Positions 38,264 through 48,210 of a DNA stretch of 64,000 bases are shown here, in pieces. The translations under genes were made by a program, and so were the position numbers. Each line of letters opens with the position of its first letter. Position 1 is the stretch's first letter. Origin of the DNA: Candidatus Saccharibacteria bacterium UBA3723 (GTDB lineage: Bacteria > Patescibacteriota > Saccharimonadia > Saccharimonadales > Saccharimonadaceae); contig DFHM01000009.1 of assembly GCA_002371895.1 (NCBI GenBank), positions 39,271 through 103,270 of the forward strand. The letters are read 5' to 3'. The notes beneath the pieces were generated by a model, which did not search any database, was not told the origin of the DNA, and saw only the letters and a list, made by a program, of their open reading frames with translations.

Positions 38264-41113
38264 ATGCAAATTATTCGCTTTTTAACGATGCCGATTGTGT
38301 GGATACCGATTGTCGTCATCTTGGTAATTTTAACGATTCGCAACCACAAAAAAGCAAATCGCCTTCAAGTCCTAAACGTCGAGAGCGTCCTATTGATGCT
38401 AGAAATCCCGAAGGACAACGACAAAAAAGAGCTCGCCGCAGAGCAACTTTTTGCGTCTCTTCACGGTATCTTGCGCGACAAAAGTGAATTAAAGAATTCT
38501 GGCGGCGTTCAGGAGCATCTTTCATTCGAAATCGCCTCTACTGGCAACCAAATTCGTTTCTTTGTTTGGGTGCCAAAGATTCTCCAGTCATTCGTAGAAG
38601 GTCAGATTTATTCTCAGTATCCAAGCGTCCAGATTTATCGCATGAAGGAAGATTATGTCGATCATCGCGATAATTATCCGGTTGCATACACTTCTGAAGT
38701 TACTCTCATCGAAAACGAAGCTTTGCCGATTAAGACTTTTGAGTCATTCGAGGTTGACCCACTTGCGGGTATTACCGGTACACTCGCAAAGCTCAATCCA
38801 AACGGCGGTGAAGAGCTTTGGATTCAAATTCTCACTCGTCCAATCGCTGATGATTGGCATACCAAATCCGACCGCTGGATTAAGAGCGTCAAAGACGGCA
38901 AAGGCGGCTTCGACTTCTTCCATATCGACTGGCGCTGGTTCCTCGAAGTTCTCGCTGCATTATGGCGCCCACCAGAGGGTGGCACCGAACAACCAGTAAA
39001 AGTCGAGCTTTCCGAGCGCGATAAAACTCGCGTTGCCAAGGCAGAAGAGAAGGCCACAAAACTTGGCTATCAGGTCAAGATTCGCCTCGTCTACGTTGGT
39101 AGCAACGAAATGAACGCCAAGCTCAACATGCAGGCACTCGTCGGTACTTTCAAACAGTTCAACTCCACGAACCTCAACGGTTTCAAGATGACCGGCGCAA
39201 CCTTCGATCGCAATGCGCTCGATGCATATAAGACTCGTCAATTCACCGACGAAGGCTTCATTCTTAATATTTCCGAGTTGGCATCGGTTTATCACTTGCC
39301 ACACACCAACGTCGAAACGCCAAACATCGTTTGGGCATCCAGCAAAACCGCAGAGCCACCGGCAAAGCTTCCAATGCTTACTGGCGATCCAACCTTCGAC
39401 GAAAATATCTCCGCCTTTGGCCTTACCGATTTCCGCGGTATCAAGCACCAATTCGGTATGTATCGTCGCGACCGTTCTCGTCACGTGTATATCATCGGTC
39501 AGACTGGTTCCGGTAAATCTGGTCTCTTAACACTCTTTGCACTCAGTGATATTTATCACAACCAGGGTTATTGTATTATCGATCCACATGGCGACCTTGC
39601 CACAGACAACCTAAAGTTCATCCCAGAATCCCGCATCAAGGACGTCGTCTACTTCAACCCAGCCGATACGCAGTATCCAATGGCATTCAACCCACTCGAA
39701 GTCTACGATCCAGCCCGCAAGCCAAATATCTCCTCCGAGGTTATCGGCGTACTAAAGCGTATGTTCGGCGAATCTTGGGGTCCACGCCTTGAGCACATTC
39801 TTCGCTATACGCTTCTTGCGCTTCTTGATCGTCCGCAAACAACCATGTTGGATATTTCCCGCATGCTTACGGATAAAGATTTCCGCAAGGAAACTCTTGA
39901 ATACTGTCAGGACGTTACCGTTCTTCAATTCTGGAAGCAGGAGTTCGGCTCCTGGGGCGACAAGCAGGTCACAGAATCCGTCGCACCTATTCTAAACAAG
40001 GTCGGTGCATTTACTGCAAACCCAATCATCCGCAACATCATCGGCCAGCCAAAGTCTAGCTTCGATATCCGCAAAATTATGGACGAGGGCAAAATTCTTG
40101 TAGTAAACCTTTCTAAGGGTCTTATCGGCGAAGATAACGCCGCAATTCTTGGTGCATTCCTAGTCACCAAGGTTCAGCTCGCCGCAATGAGTCGCTCCGA
40201 TATCGAAAACGTCGACGATCGTCGCCCATTCTATCTCTACGTAGATGAGTTCCAAAACTTCGCGACCGATTCCTTTGCCGTTATTCTTTCCGAGGCGCGC
40301 AAATACGGTCTCAACCTTACCGTAGCCAACCAGTACACCAGCCAGATGACCGAGGCCGTCCGCGACGCAGTCTTCGGTAACGTCGGTACTACGATTAGCT
40401 TCCGCGTCTCCGCAGACGATGCGCCAATTCTATCGAAACAATTCGAGCCAGTCTTTGAGGCACAGGACCTCCTCAACCTCAACAACCGCCACTTTGTCGT
40501 CTCCATGATTATTAACGGCGAAAAGACTCCAGCCTTCTCGGCTACAACCCTTAGCATTCCAAAGCCACCGAACGATCTCATGCCACGTATTGTCAAATAC
40601 TCCCGCATGACTTATGCTCGCACGCGCGACGAAGTTGAAGCCGAAATTCGCGCCAATATCGAAGCAGCAGAGAAGTGGAAGAAGGACCTATCCGATTCCG
40701 GTAGAGAGGCTGGTTCCCGCGGTAGCGAGCCAAAGGCTCCAGCCGAAAAGCCAACTTACAAGTTCGTTCCAACCCCGCAGCAAGATTTCCGCAAGCAAAA
40801 AATCTCCCCAAATCAAGCGCAGGGAGAAGAGCAGACCGGTAATGGTCTAAAAGACCTCAGTAAACTCCTTGGCGAAAAGGCTAATGAGCTCCGCAAGGCT
40901 AGCCCAAATATTCAGGTATACGAAGACACCGAAGAAGATAAGGCCAACGAACAGGTAGATAACAGCGTAGAAGAAGACTTAAAGCTGCGCCCTACTATCA
41001 CTTCTGGTAGCAATAAAAACGAAGTCGTCATACAAGCCAATCAGAACGCGCAGAACGGCGGCAAACATAAAAACCGTAATCGTAATAGGAACCGAAATAA
41101 AAATCGCTCCTAG
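38264..41113 (+). CDS. VirD4/TraD-like (FtsK/HerA superfamily) membrane ATPase
   Basis: N-terminal TM, Walker A IIGQTGSGKSG, Walker B FYLYVDEFQNF, and ANQYTSQM. The C-terminal disordered tail ends KNRNRNRNRNKNRS. Confidence 0.7.
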   Translation: MQIIRFLTMPIVWIPIVVILVILTIRNHKKANRLQVLNVESVLLMLEIPKDNDKKELAAEQLFASLHGILRDKSELKNSGGVQEHLSFEIASTGNQIRFFVWVPKILQSFVEGQIYSQYPSVQIYRMKEDYVDHRDNYPVAYTSEVTLIENEALPIKTFESFEVDPLAGITGTLAKLNPNGGEELWIQILTRPIADDWHTKSDRWIKSVKDGKGGFDFFHIDWRWFLEVLAALWRPPEGGTEQPVKVELSERDKTRVAKAEEKATKLGYQVKIRLVYVGSNEMNAKLNMQALVGTFKQFNSTNLNGFKMTGATFDRNALDAYKTRQFTDEGFILNISELASVYHLPHTNVETPNIVWASSKTAEPPAKLPMLTGDPTFDENISAFGLTDFRGIKHQFGMYRRDRSRHVYIIGQTGSGKSGLLTLFALSDIYHNQGYCIIDPHGDLATDNLKFIPESRIKDVVYFNPADTQYPMAFNPLEVYDPARKPNISSEVIGVLKRMFGESWGPRLEHILRYTLLALLDRPQTTMLDISRMLTDKDFRKETLEYCQDVTVLQFWKQEFGSWGDKQVTESVAPILNKVGAFTANPIIRNIIGQPKSSFDIRKIMDEGKILVVNLSKGLIGEDNAAILGAFLVTKVQLAAMSRSDIENVDDRRPFYLYVDEFQNFATDSFAVILSEARKYGLNLTVANQYTSQMTEAVRDAVFGNVGTTISFRVSADDAPILSKQFEPVFEAQDLLNLNNRHFVVSMIINGEKTPAFSATTLSIPKPPNDLMPRIVKYSRMTYARTRDEVEAEIRANIEAAEKWKKDLSDSGREAGSRGSEPKAPAEKPTYKFVPTPQQDFRKQKISPNQAQGEEQTGNGLKDLSKLLGEKANELRKASPNIQVYEDTEEDKANEQVDNSVEEDLKLRPTITSGSNKNEVVIQANQNAQNGGKHKNRNRNRNRNKNRS

Positions 41114-41189
41114 CGCAAAATAAAAGCCTTAGATAAAAAATATATCCCCTACCAGTGGGGATATATTTTTGTTTGACTATTGCTTTCTA

Positions 41190-42695
41190 TTATCTGCGAG
41201 TCATTAACTTACGGCCAGCAATTGCACCAGCTAGTAGGATAACGCCGCCAAGGCCAGCAAAGATTTGAATCGCATCAAGCGTGCCAGGGTTCTTAACGTT
41301 ATCTGGAGTTGATGGAGTAGCAGGCTGTTCTGTAGGCACGTCCAAGCGTAGATAAACACCGTTTGCATTAGTATCAACTTCGTAGTTATCAGTCGTGCCG
41401 GTAGATACGCCAACGCCCACTACAGAACCGTCATTAAGCGGAGCAACATCGTTTAAAGTTTCGTTTTCACTCAAGGTGTGTTCGAGGACAATATTTAGAT
41501 TACGATCAAAGCGCACCAAGGTGCCATCGCGCTCGATGATAACGAAATCTTTAGGCATGATTTTATCGACACTATCAATGCCTAAATCGTTAATATCTTT
41601 TTCGGCAATCTTATTACCGTTTTTGTCATAGCTGACAATCTTGCATGCCACCTGCGGAGCCTCAGTGGCAAGTGCGCTCATCTTGCCATATGCTACATCG
41701 CCCCCTTGAGTCTTACAGTTAACAACAGCAAAGTCGCCATCTTTATTGCCGAATAATACGCCATCCATACCGTCTGTATTGACATTAGTAATTGGAGTAA
41801 TAGTCTTTAGATCTTTCGTTGCTCTAACTAGCTCAAAAGTATCCTCTTCCTCTCCGCCATCGATAACGCGAACAAGGATAATGCTGTCGTCGCTACGAAT
41901 CATACCGCCATTAAAACCGGCTGGGTAATAGCTGACATTTTCATCTTCATCCTGGCCAGCACAGCGCACAAGTGATGCGTTTGCGCCAAAGTAGCAAACA
42001 TCGCCATAATCGCCAACCACTACAGAACCATCATTATTAATGATTGAATTATTAGTATTCGGATTATATTGAAGATTTGTAGACAAGCCTTCATCGCCAG
42101 TTTTTGCGAATGTATACAGAGCAGAATTCTGTACCAACATGCGATATTCATTCTTCGTCTCAGCGACAGCCGTTGGACGGCTACTATCATTAACCAATGT
42201 TAGCCATTCTTTGGTGCCGTCTTTCTTAAATTTAGCGATGTAATCGATGCAGCTGATATTGTACCAGTAATTGCCCCCATCGTCGCCTCTGGCAACACTA
42301 GCATCGAGTGCTACCTCTGGCCGATTGTTGCCACATATATCCATAATGGATGGTAAATCAGCATCCTTAGCTTCGATCACGGAGACTTTTCCATCTTCCG
42401 GCATATCCGCAAAGTATTCTTCGCATTCGGACCATTCAACGAGTTCGCCACCGGTATTCATAACGGCCGCAGCCTTAATACTGCCGCCACCTTCGTACTT
42501 ATAGCAGCCCACGGTCTGGCCACCGACTACGTAGCCGCCATCGCTCGTCGCCTCTACGACCCAGTTAATTGTGTCGGCACCACCGATTGAGCCAACACTT
42601 TTTGCATAATCTAGCGGATCAATTGCAAAAACATTTGCAACTGGTAAGATCGATGCCGCTAGTAGGGCGCCAGCGCCCACAATAGCCTTTTTCAT
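41190..42695 (-). CDS. Secreted surface protein with C-terminal hydrophobic anchor and basic tail
   Basis: Signal peptide MKKAIVGAGALLAASILPVANVFA. The C-terminus is KNPGTLDAIQIFAGLGGVILLAGAIAGRKLMTRR. Confidence 0.6.
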   Translation of the reverse strand: MKKAIVGAGALLAASILPVANVFAIDPLDYAKSVGSIGGADTINWVVEATSDGGYVVGGQTVGCYKYEGGGSIKAAAVMNTGGELVEWSECEEYFADMPEDGKVSVIEAKDADLPSIMDICGNNRPEVALDASVARGDDGGNYWYNISCIDYIAKFKKDGTKEWLTLVNDSSRPTAVAETKNEYRMLVQNSALYTFAKTGDEGLSTNLQYNPNTNNSIINNDGSVVVGDYGDVCYFGANASLVRCAGQDEDENVSYYPAGFNGGMIRSDDSIILVRVIDGGEEEDTFELVRATKDLKTITPITNVNTDGMDGVLFGNKDGDFAVVNCKTQGGDVAYGKMSALATEAPQVACKIVSYDKNGNKIAEKDINDLGIDSVDKIMPKDFVIIERDGTLVRFDRNLNIVLEHTLSENETLNDVAPLNDGSVVGVGVSTGTTDNYEVDTNANGVYLRLDVPTEQPATPSTPDNVKNPGTLDAIQIFAGLGGVILLAGAIAGRKLMTRR

Positions 42696-42859
42696 ATTTA
42701 TTTGACCTTTTTTATTTTGACCTTTTGTAATTTTAGCGTAACCGTTTTTTAAGCAAATGTCAATACTATAGATGCATAGTATTTTTGACTTTTATTTTAG
42801 GTTATGTCATAATATAAATAACCGAAAAAACTTCGATAGCTCTTTAGGAGGAATGCGTA

Positions 42860-43861
42860 ATGAAAAATAACTTTCAAATCTTAACCGACAGCGTATCAGA
42901 CCTGCCCGCTAGCTGGGTTCGCGCACATCCCTACGTAACAATAGTGGATACGCCGATCATGGTCTCGGATAGCACCGGCTACCATGACTTTCGACACATC
43001 AGCGCCGACGACTTTATGAAAATCGACAAGATGGTCAAAGCCGGCGGCCGCGCAAGCACCAGCATGCCACAGGTTGGCGACCCATTCGGGGACAATCCGG
43101 ACAGCGTCGAGACCTTCACGCGTAATCTGCTGGAACAGGGAATAGATGTAGTCTATATCGCAATGGGTAGCGCCATGAGTAGTACATTCAACTCCGTCAC
43201 TCTTTGCTACAAAGAAATCAACGAAGAGTACAAGGGAAGGGCGCAAGCCTACTGTCTCGATAGCCGTTGTATGTCTACCGGTCTTGCCCTGCTCATCCTG
43301 AATCTCTGCGATTCCATTGAGAACGGCGAAGTGTCTACCGTTGGCGAGATTGCTGACTTCGTCACAAAGAACCGTAGCTACATTGGGCACTTCTTTACCT
43401 GGGGCGAGCTCAGTTACATCCGCCTAAGCGGCCGCGTAGACGCCATGCGCGCCTTTGCGGCTAATATACTTGGCATTCGACTGGTTGGCGCTGCGGTTTA
43501 CAAAGACGATGACGAGACCCGTACACTCGAGCACGTCAATCCGCACGGTTTTATTCGCGGGATCAAACGCTGGGCGAACGTCATTGGCGAATATGCGACC
43601 AAGCATATCGTCGACCCCTGCGGCAGAATCATTGTTGCTCATGGCAATGTCCCGCGTGACGCCGAGATTGTCGTATCTCAGCTGCGTGAATGCTTCCCGA
43701 AGGCGCAGATTCTGACTGGCCCAGAATGGCGCTGCGGAGCCGGCATCCAATGCCACGGCGGCCCGACATCTATCCACGTCAATTTTGAGACGAATGATAT
43801 TTGCCGGTACAGCTCCGTAGTTACCGAGCTGAAACAGATCATCACGTCGCAACGCAAATAA
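42860..43861 (+). CDS. DegV-family lipid-binding protein
   Basis: N-terminal sequence ILTDSVSDLPASW, with SD TAGGAGG upstream. GC-richer than neighbouring genes by eye. Confidence 0.75.
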   Translation: MKNNFQILTDSVSDLPASWVRAHPYVTIVDTPIMVSDSTGYHDFRHISADDFMKIDKMVKAGGRASTSMPQVGDPFGDNPDSVETFTRNLLEQGIDVVYIAMGSAMSSTFNSVTLCYKEINEEYKGRAQAYCLDSRCMSTGLALLILNLCDSIENGEVSTVGEIADFVTKNRSYIGHFFTWGELSYIRLSGRVDAMRAFAANILGIRLVGAAVYKDDDETRTLEHVNPHGFIRGIKRWANVIGEYATKHIVDPCGRIIVAHGNVPRDAEIVVSQLRECFPKAQILTGPEWRCGAGIQCHGGPTSIHVNFETNDICRYSSVVTELKQIITSQRK

Positions 43862-43864
43862 TCC

Positions 43865-43891
43865 AAAACCCCTCCATGTGAGGGGTTTTTA
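43865..43891 (+). terminator. Intrinsic terminator
   Basis: Stem AAAACCCCTC/GAGGGGTTTT. Confidence 0.7.
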
Positions 43892-44004
43892 TTGAGGAAA
43901 AACAGGGAAGAAATTAACGTCGTATTCCGTAGGTTTTACGACTTTACAGATGAGTGAAGCTCTACATTAGCTCTCCTCTGCACAAAAATCATGAAATATT
44001 AATT

Positions 44005-44798
44005 GCGTGAAATAATTTGTATTTTTAAATTTCACGCGGACGCGGACGGGGCAGAGGAAGTGCGAATTTAAAAATAAGCCCCCTACCCCTTGCTTAAGGT
44101 ATTTCTCCCCTATTCTACCCCTGTAGCAACTGCCGCCCACCTCTGTTATTCGCTATCTTACAAGATCAAATTGTAAACAAAGCCATAAAATCGCGCGTAC
44201 GAAATTATGCACAAAAGTAATATAAATACACGTCCAGAAGCGCAAAAACGCAACACAGCGCAAAATAGGGCGCAATACGAATGAATTGGCGGCCAGGCCT
44301 CAAAAACAGCCAAAAATGAGACGGGTGTACAATCAACTTTTCGCGATATTTCCAATGTCGCACAATGTATATTTTACGACTTATATATATTTGAAACCCG
44401 GATATATGAACAATCGTCCATATATAATAGCCAGAAGCGAAAACCCCTTTTAAATAGCCCTTCTAAAAGTTATTTCTTTTTATTTATATCTTATACGCGG
44501 ATCCTCACGCCGATTGTCGTAATAGCTAGCACTTCCAAAAATCAGATTCGAGGAAGTGCTCGGAAGCGCAAATTTGACCCCAAAATTTGACTTTAATATC
44601 AGCAATTTATACGTCATTATCTGTAAAATCACATATTATAACATATTTATTGCCGTTTCCGTGAAATTCCACGCCCGTGAAATCCCCATTAATTTGACTT
44701 TTTCACGGTTTTATTTTCTCGTCACTCCCCTACCCCCTTAAAGACGATTTCAGAAAGGCCTCAACGCAGCTCATCGCCCCACCCTATTCTGTTCGCTA
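44005..44798. repeat. Two motif blocks in the same order, offset by about 645 bp, inside a 971-bp ORF-free region
   Basis: The left block runs CGTGAAAT (44006), ATTTCACG (44029), CCCCTACCCC (44080), CGCCCACC..CTGTTATTCGCTA (44134-55). The right block runs CGTGAAAT (44660, 44676), TTTCACGG (44701), CCCCTACCCC (44727), CGCCCCACC..CTGTTCGCTA (44775-98). Confidence 0.6.
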
Positions 44799-44863
44799 CT
44801 CCAAGCAACCGAACAAAAACCGAACACTTAGGGAACAAATAGGGCGAACCTTTCGATCCGCCT

Positions 44864-45472
44864 TTATTTGTAATATGCCTTCCCCTCTACGCGTAAATCT
44901 ACGTATCCTGGCGATATTTCCTTTTCGGTTAAGTATCTAATCATGCGCGACATATCCTCTGCCTGCACAGAACTGCTACGGTCTAGCGACATCTTATAAT
45001 ACTCGCTACGACCCTTTACATACACATCAACCTCGCGCACCATTTGGTACGGCAGCACAACGCGATCAATCTCTACGCCAAGTTCCTTAGAATCGTCCTC
45101 TAGACGCGCCACGAAGTCTTTTACGCGCTGGCTAACATTCTCGCCAGCATTCTCATCCAAAATCGCTACAGTAGGCTCTAAAACAGGCGCCGGCTTTGCA
45201 GCCTCTTCGCGCTCTTTAATTACACCAGAAACGTAATTAATCGCCGTGATTAAAAGCACTAAGATAATCAAGACAACGCCAACGACGGTCGCAATATTCT
45301 TTGCGTCACGTTTTTTGCGATCCGCCGCGCGTTGCATTTTGTCTTCACGAGTTTTTTGCGCGTCGCCAGCAAGCGTGCGCCCAACGCGAAACGTCTCGCT
45401 GGACTCCTTACTACGCCTATCAGGCCCTTTGTGATCCTCCTGGACCTCCTTCTTAACGCGCCAAAACGCCAT
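44864..45472 (-). CDS. Hypothetical single-pass membrane protein (202 aa)
   Basis: Basic N-terminus, one TM (VVGVVLIILVLLITAI) and a globular C-terminal domain. It abuts pgk. Confidence 0.55.
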   Translation of the reverse strand: MAFWRVKKEVQEDHKGPDRRSKESSETFRVGRTLAGDAQKTREDKMQRAADRKKRDAKNIATVVGVVLIILVLLITAINYVSGVIKEREEAAKPAPVLEPTVAILDENAGENVSQRVKDFVARLEDDSKELGVEIDRVVLPYQMVREVDVYVKGRSEYYKMSLDRSSSVQAEDMSRMIRYLTEKEISPGYVDLRVEGKAYYK

Positions 45473-45473
45473 T

Positions 45474-46547
45474 TTAACGATTCCTTAACACCTCAAGGCC
45501 AGGAAGTTCCTTGCCAGATAATAATTCTAGGCTTGCGCCACCGCCAGTAGATACAAGGCTAAAGGTTAAATGCGGCTCTTCCTTGAGAACAGATTCTACG
45601 AAGCCAGTCGTATCGCCACCGCCAACAATCGTCATTGCATCAGCCATGCCAATCGCAGTTGCTATAGCAAGCGAACTCTGCGCATAACGTTCGTCCTCGA
45701 CCATACCAAGTGTACCATTCCAGACAATCGTCTTTGCATCATGAATCATCTCTACGATGCGTGCGGCACTATTTTCGCCAATATCGAGCTTTGCGCCTTC
45801 TTCATTCTCGATGAAATCTTCGGCAACATAAACCTTCTCGTCGGTTGTCTTATAGCCATCGGCGGCAATCTTACCACCAACCGCAATCATATCGGCAATC
45901 GGTAAGAACTTCTCAATCATTGGAGCCTTATCTTCGACTTTTGCGCCACCAATAATCACCAACAATGGATGTTCAGGATCATTAATTGCACCTTCTAGGC
46001 TGGAAACTTCTTTTTCTACCAAGAAGCCTGCGACCGCCGGGAGAATCTTTGCTATGGCATCCGTAGATGCATGCGCACGATGAATTACCGCAAAGCCATC
46101 CTGGACAAACAATTCTGCGCCAGTAGCATCCACGATTTGATGCGCAAATTCATCAGAGTCTTCTTCCTCGGCCGGCGAAAAACGAAGGTTTTCTAGCATC
46201 AAAATGCCGCCTTCTGGCATATTCTCTACAGCTTCTTTTACCTTGTCGCCGACAGTTTCATCAACAAAATCGACGTTCTTCTCTGGCAAAAGGGAAGCAA
46301 GTTGCCCTGCCACTGGGCCAAGTGAAAATTCCGGTTTCACTTCCCCATCCGGGCGACCAAGATGCGAAATCAAAATGATTTTCTTAGCCCCGTTTTCCAT
46401 TAAATAATTAAGCGTTGGCAGACTTGCGCGAATACGCATATCCTCTGCTACGCGACCGTCCTTCATCGGAACGTTGTAGTCGACGCGAACTAGCACTACC
46501 TTCCCTGCTACTTCTACATCTCGAATGGTTTTCTTACGAAATTCCAT
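45474..46547 (-). CDS. pgk: Phosphoglycerate kinase
   Basis: Sequence VLVRVDYNVPMKDG...ILISHLGRP...GGGDT. Confidence 0.93.
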   Translation of the reverse strand: MEFRKKTIRDVEVAGKVVLVRVDYNVPMKDGRVAEDMRIRASLPTLNYLMENGAKKIILISHLGRPDGEVKPEFSLGPVAGQLASLLPEKNVDFVDETVGDKVKEAVENMPEGGILMLENLRFSPAEEEDSDEFAHQIVDATGAELFVQDGFAVIHRAHASTDAIAKILPAVAGFLVEKEVSSLEGAINDPEHPLLVIIGGAKVEDKAPMIEKFLPIADMIAVGGKIAADGYKTTDEKVYVAEDFIENEEGAKLDIGENSAARIVEMIHDAKTIVWNGTLGMVEDERYAQSSLAIATAIGMADAMTIVGGGDTTGFVESVLKEEPHLTFSLVSTGGGASLELLSGKELPGLEVLRNR

Positions 46548-46575
46548 ATTGCCTCCTATTTTTGCCCTACCCTAA

Positions 46576-48009
46576 CTAAATCTTGCGAATCTGAATCTGG
46601 TTCGTGCCACCTTCTTCGTCGCGCAAACCGGATACTAATACAACCGTCAAGCTGTCCTTCCCCTCTGGGACCTTAAGATAACCAGTGCCCTTCAAATCTA
46701 GAGCCGCATTAATTGCATAATCTACATCATATGGGCGTACGATTGCGGAGTTTGCGTAAGCTAATGCTAGCTGGCCAGCCACACGTGGATTACTCGTTAC
46801 GGATAGCATTGGAATGTTTGGACGCTGAGAAGCAATTGCCTCTGCGGTTGCACCACTCTTCGTAGCTGCCACAATCAAATCTGCATCAATCTGCTCTGCG
46901 AGTTTTACGACTGCGCGAGAGATAGCATCGTAGTTCTTGTAGTTACCAGTAGTTTCCTTGTCGAGTGGAAGAATCTTGGAATGTTCCTGCGTATAAAGAA
47001 TTACCTTCTTCATTTCCTTGACGGTCTCTACTGGGTATTTACCGTTTGCAGTCTCGTCGGAAAGCATTACGACGTCTGCACCAAGAAGCACTGCGGTTGC
47101 AACGTCAGAAACCTCTGCACGCGTTGGCTCTGGCTCTGTAACCATACTTGCCATCATCTGAGTTGCTACGATTACAAGCTTGGAATACTGGCGGCAAAGT
47201 GCGATAAGTTTGCGCTGTACAATCGGCACAACCTCGGCGCCAGCCTCAATTGCCATATCGCCACGCGCAATCATGATACCATCGGTTGCCTTGACGATTT
47301 CTTCCATCTTTTCGTCGCTTTCGATCGCCTTTTTGGTCTCAATCTTTGCGATAATCTGCGCGGTAGAACCGTGCGAAACAAGAATCTGGCGAAGCTTATC
47401 AATATCTTCTGCGCTCTGAATGAAGCTCATTGCAACATAATCAAAGTCGCGGCTTGCACCAAACTCGATATCTGCGAGATCCTTCTCGGTGATAATATCG
47501 CCACCCATGTCGGTATCTGGCAAATTGATGCCTTTGCGGCTCATGATATAGCCGTCATTCTCAACTTCAGCCTTAATTGCAGTCTTAGAAACTATCTCTT
47601 TTACAACCGTACGGATTTTGCCATCAAATAGGAAGATTGGCTCGCCAACTTTTACCTTCTCGGCAAGGTTGTACTGAACTGGCAAAGTCATACCGCCATC
47701 ATGCTCTTTGAGTGCATAATCGAGGATGATCTCGTCGCCCTTCTTCAAATCTAGATGATTGTCCTTGATGTCGCCCAAGCGAATCTTTGGACCCTGCAAA
47801 TCTTGCAAGATTGCAACAGATTTGCCGCGTTCTGCGGCATATTTACGAATAATACGGATTTGTTCATCGCGCTCGTCATAAGAGCCATGACTGAAATTCA
47901 GACGAAAGCCATTAACGCCCGCGTATACTAGCTCTTTGAGTTTTTCTTCCCCAAAGACAGACGGACCAACCGTCGCTAAGATTTTAGTACGTTTAAATAG
48001 TTTGCTCAT
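46576..48009 (-). CDS. pyk: Pyruvate kinase
   Basis: Sequence TKILATVGPS...NFSHGS...MIARGDMAIE. Confidence 0.95.
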   Translation of the reverse strand: MSKLFKRTKILATVGPSVFGEEKLKELVYAGVNGFRLNFSHGSYDERDEQIRIIRKYAAERGKSVAILQDLQGPKIRLGDIKDNHLDLKKGDEIILDYALKEHDGGMTLPVQYNLAEKVKVGEPIFLFDGKIRTVVKEIVSKTAIKAEVENDGYIMSRKGINLPDTDMGGDIITEKDLADIEFGASRDFDYVAMSFIQSAEDIDKLRQILVSHGSTAQIIAKIETKKAIESDEKMEEIVKATDGIMIARGDMAIEAGAEVVPIVQRKLIALCRQYSKLVIVATQMMASMVTEPEPTRAEVSDVATAVLLGADVVMLSDETANGKYPVETVKEMKKVILYTQEHSKILPLDKETTGNYKNYDAISRAVVKLAEQIDADLIVAATKSGATAEAIASQRPNIPMLSVTSNPRVAGQLALAYANSAIVRPYDVDYAINAALDLKGTGYLKVPEGKDSLTVVLVSGLRDEEGGTNQIQIRKI

Positions 48010-48049
48010 ACCTTAAATTATATCATTATCTCTCGAACTAAAACATAAG

Positions 48050-48074
48050 CAAAAAGCACTCCTTTCGGAGTGCT
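48050..48074 (-). terminator. Intrinsic terminator after tRNA-Glu
   Basis: Stem AGCACTCC/GGAGTGCT, with TTTTT in minus sense. Confidence 0.65.
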
Positions 48075-48089
48075 CTTTAGAAATCAACT

Positions 48090-48165
48090 TGGTGATCACG
48101 GTGGGAATCGAACCCACGATTGCCAGGATGAAAACCTGGAGTCCTAACCACTAGACGACGTGACC
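48090..48165 (-). tRNA. tRNA-Glu (anticodon UUC), CCA encoded
   Basis: The reverse complement is GGTCACGTCGTCTAGTGGTTAGGACTCCAGGTTTTCATCCTGGCAATCGTGGGTTCGATTCCCACCGTGATCACCA. Confidence 0.9.
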
Positions 48166-48210
48166 AGTACTATAAGTCTATCATTCTAGTGGCAAAAAGT
48201 CAAACGCTCT

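Noticed and set aside
44079-44117. G-quadruplex potential of the minus-strand GGGG-TA-GGGG(G) runs
   Set aside because: The four G-tracts require a 17-nt loop, and I cannot assess stability. The sequence is more simply described as a repeated motif.
44158-44741. Track ORFs 44158-44355 (minus, 65 aa) and 44556-44741 (plus, 61 aa) in the long non-coding region
   Set aside because: Neither has an SD or a sensible promoter. Their products are Cys/Phe/Leu-rich nonsense-like strings, and they overlap the repeat motifs.
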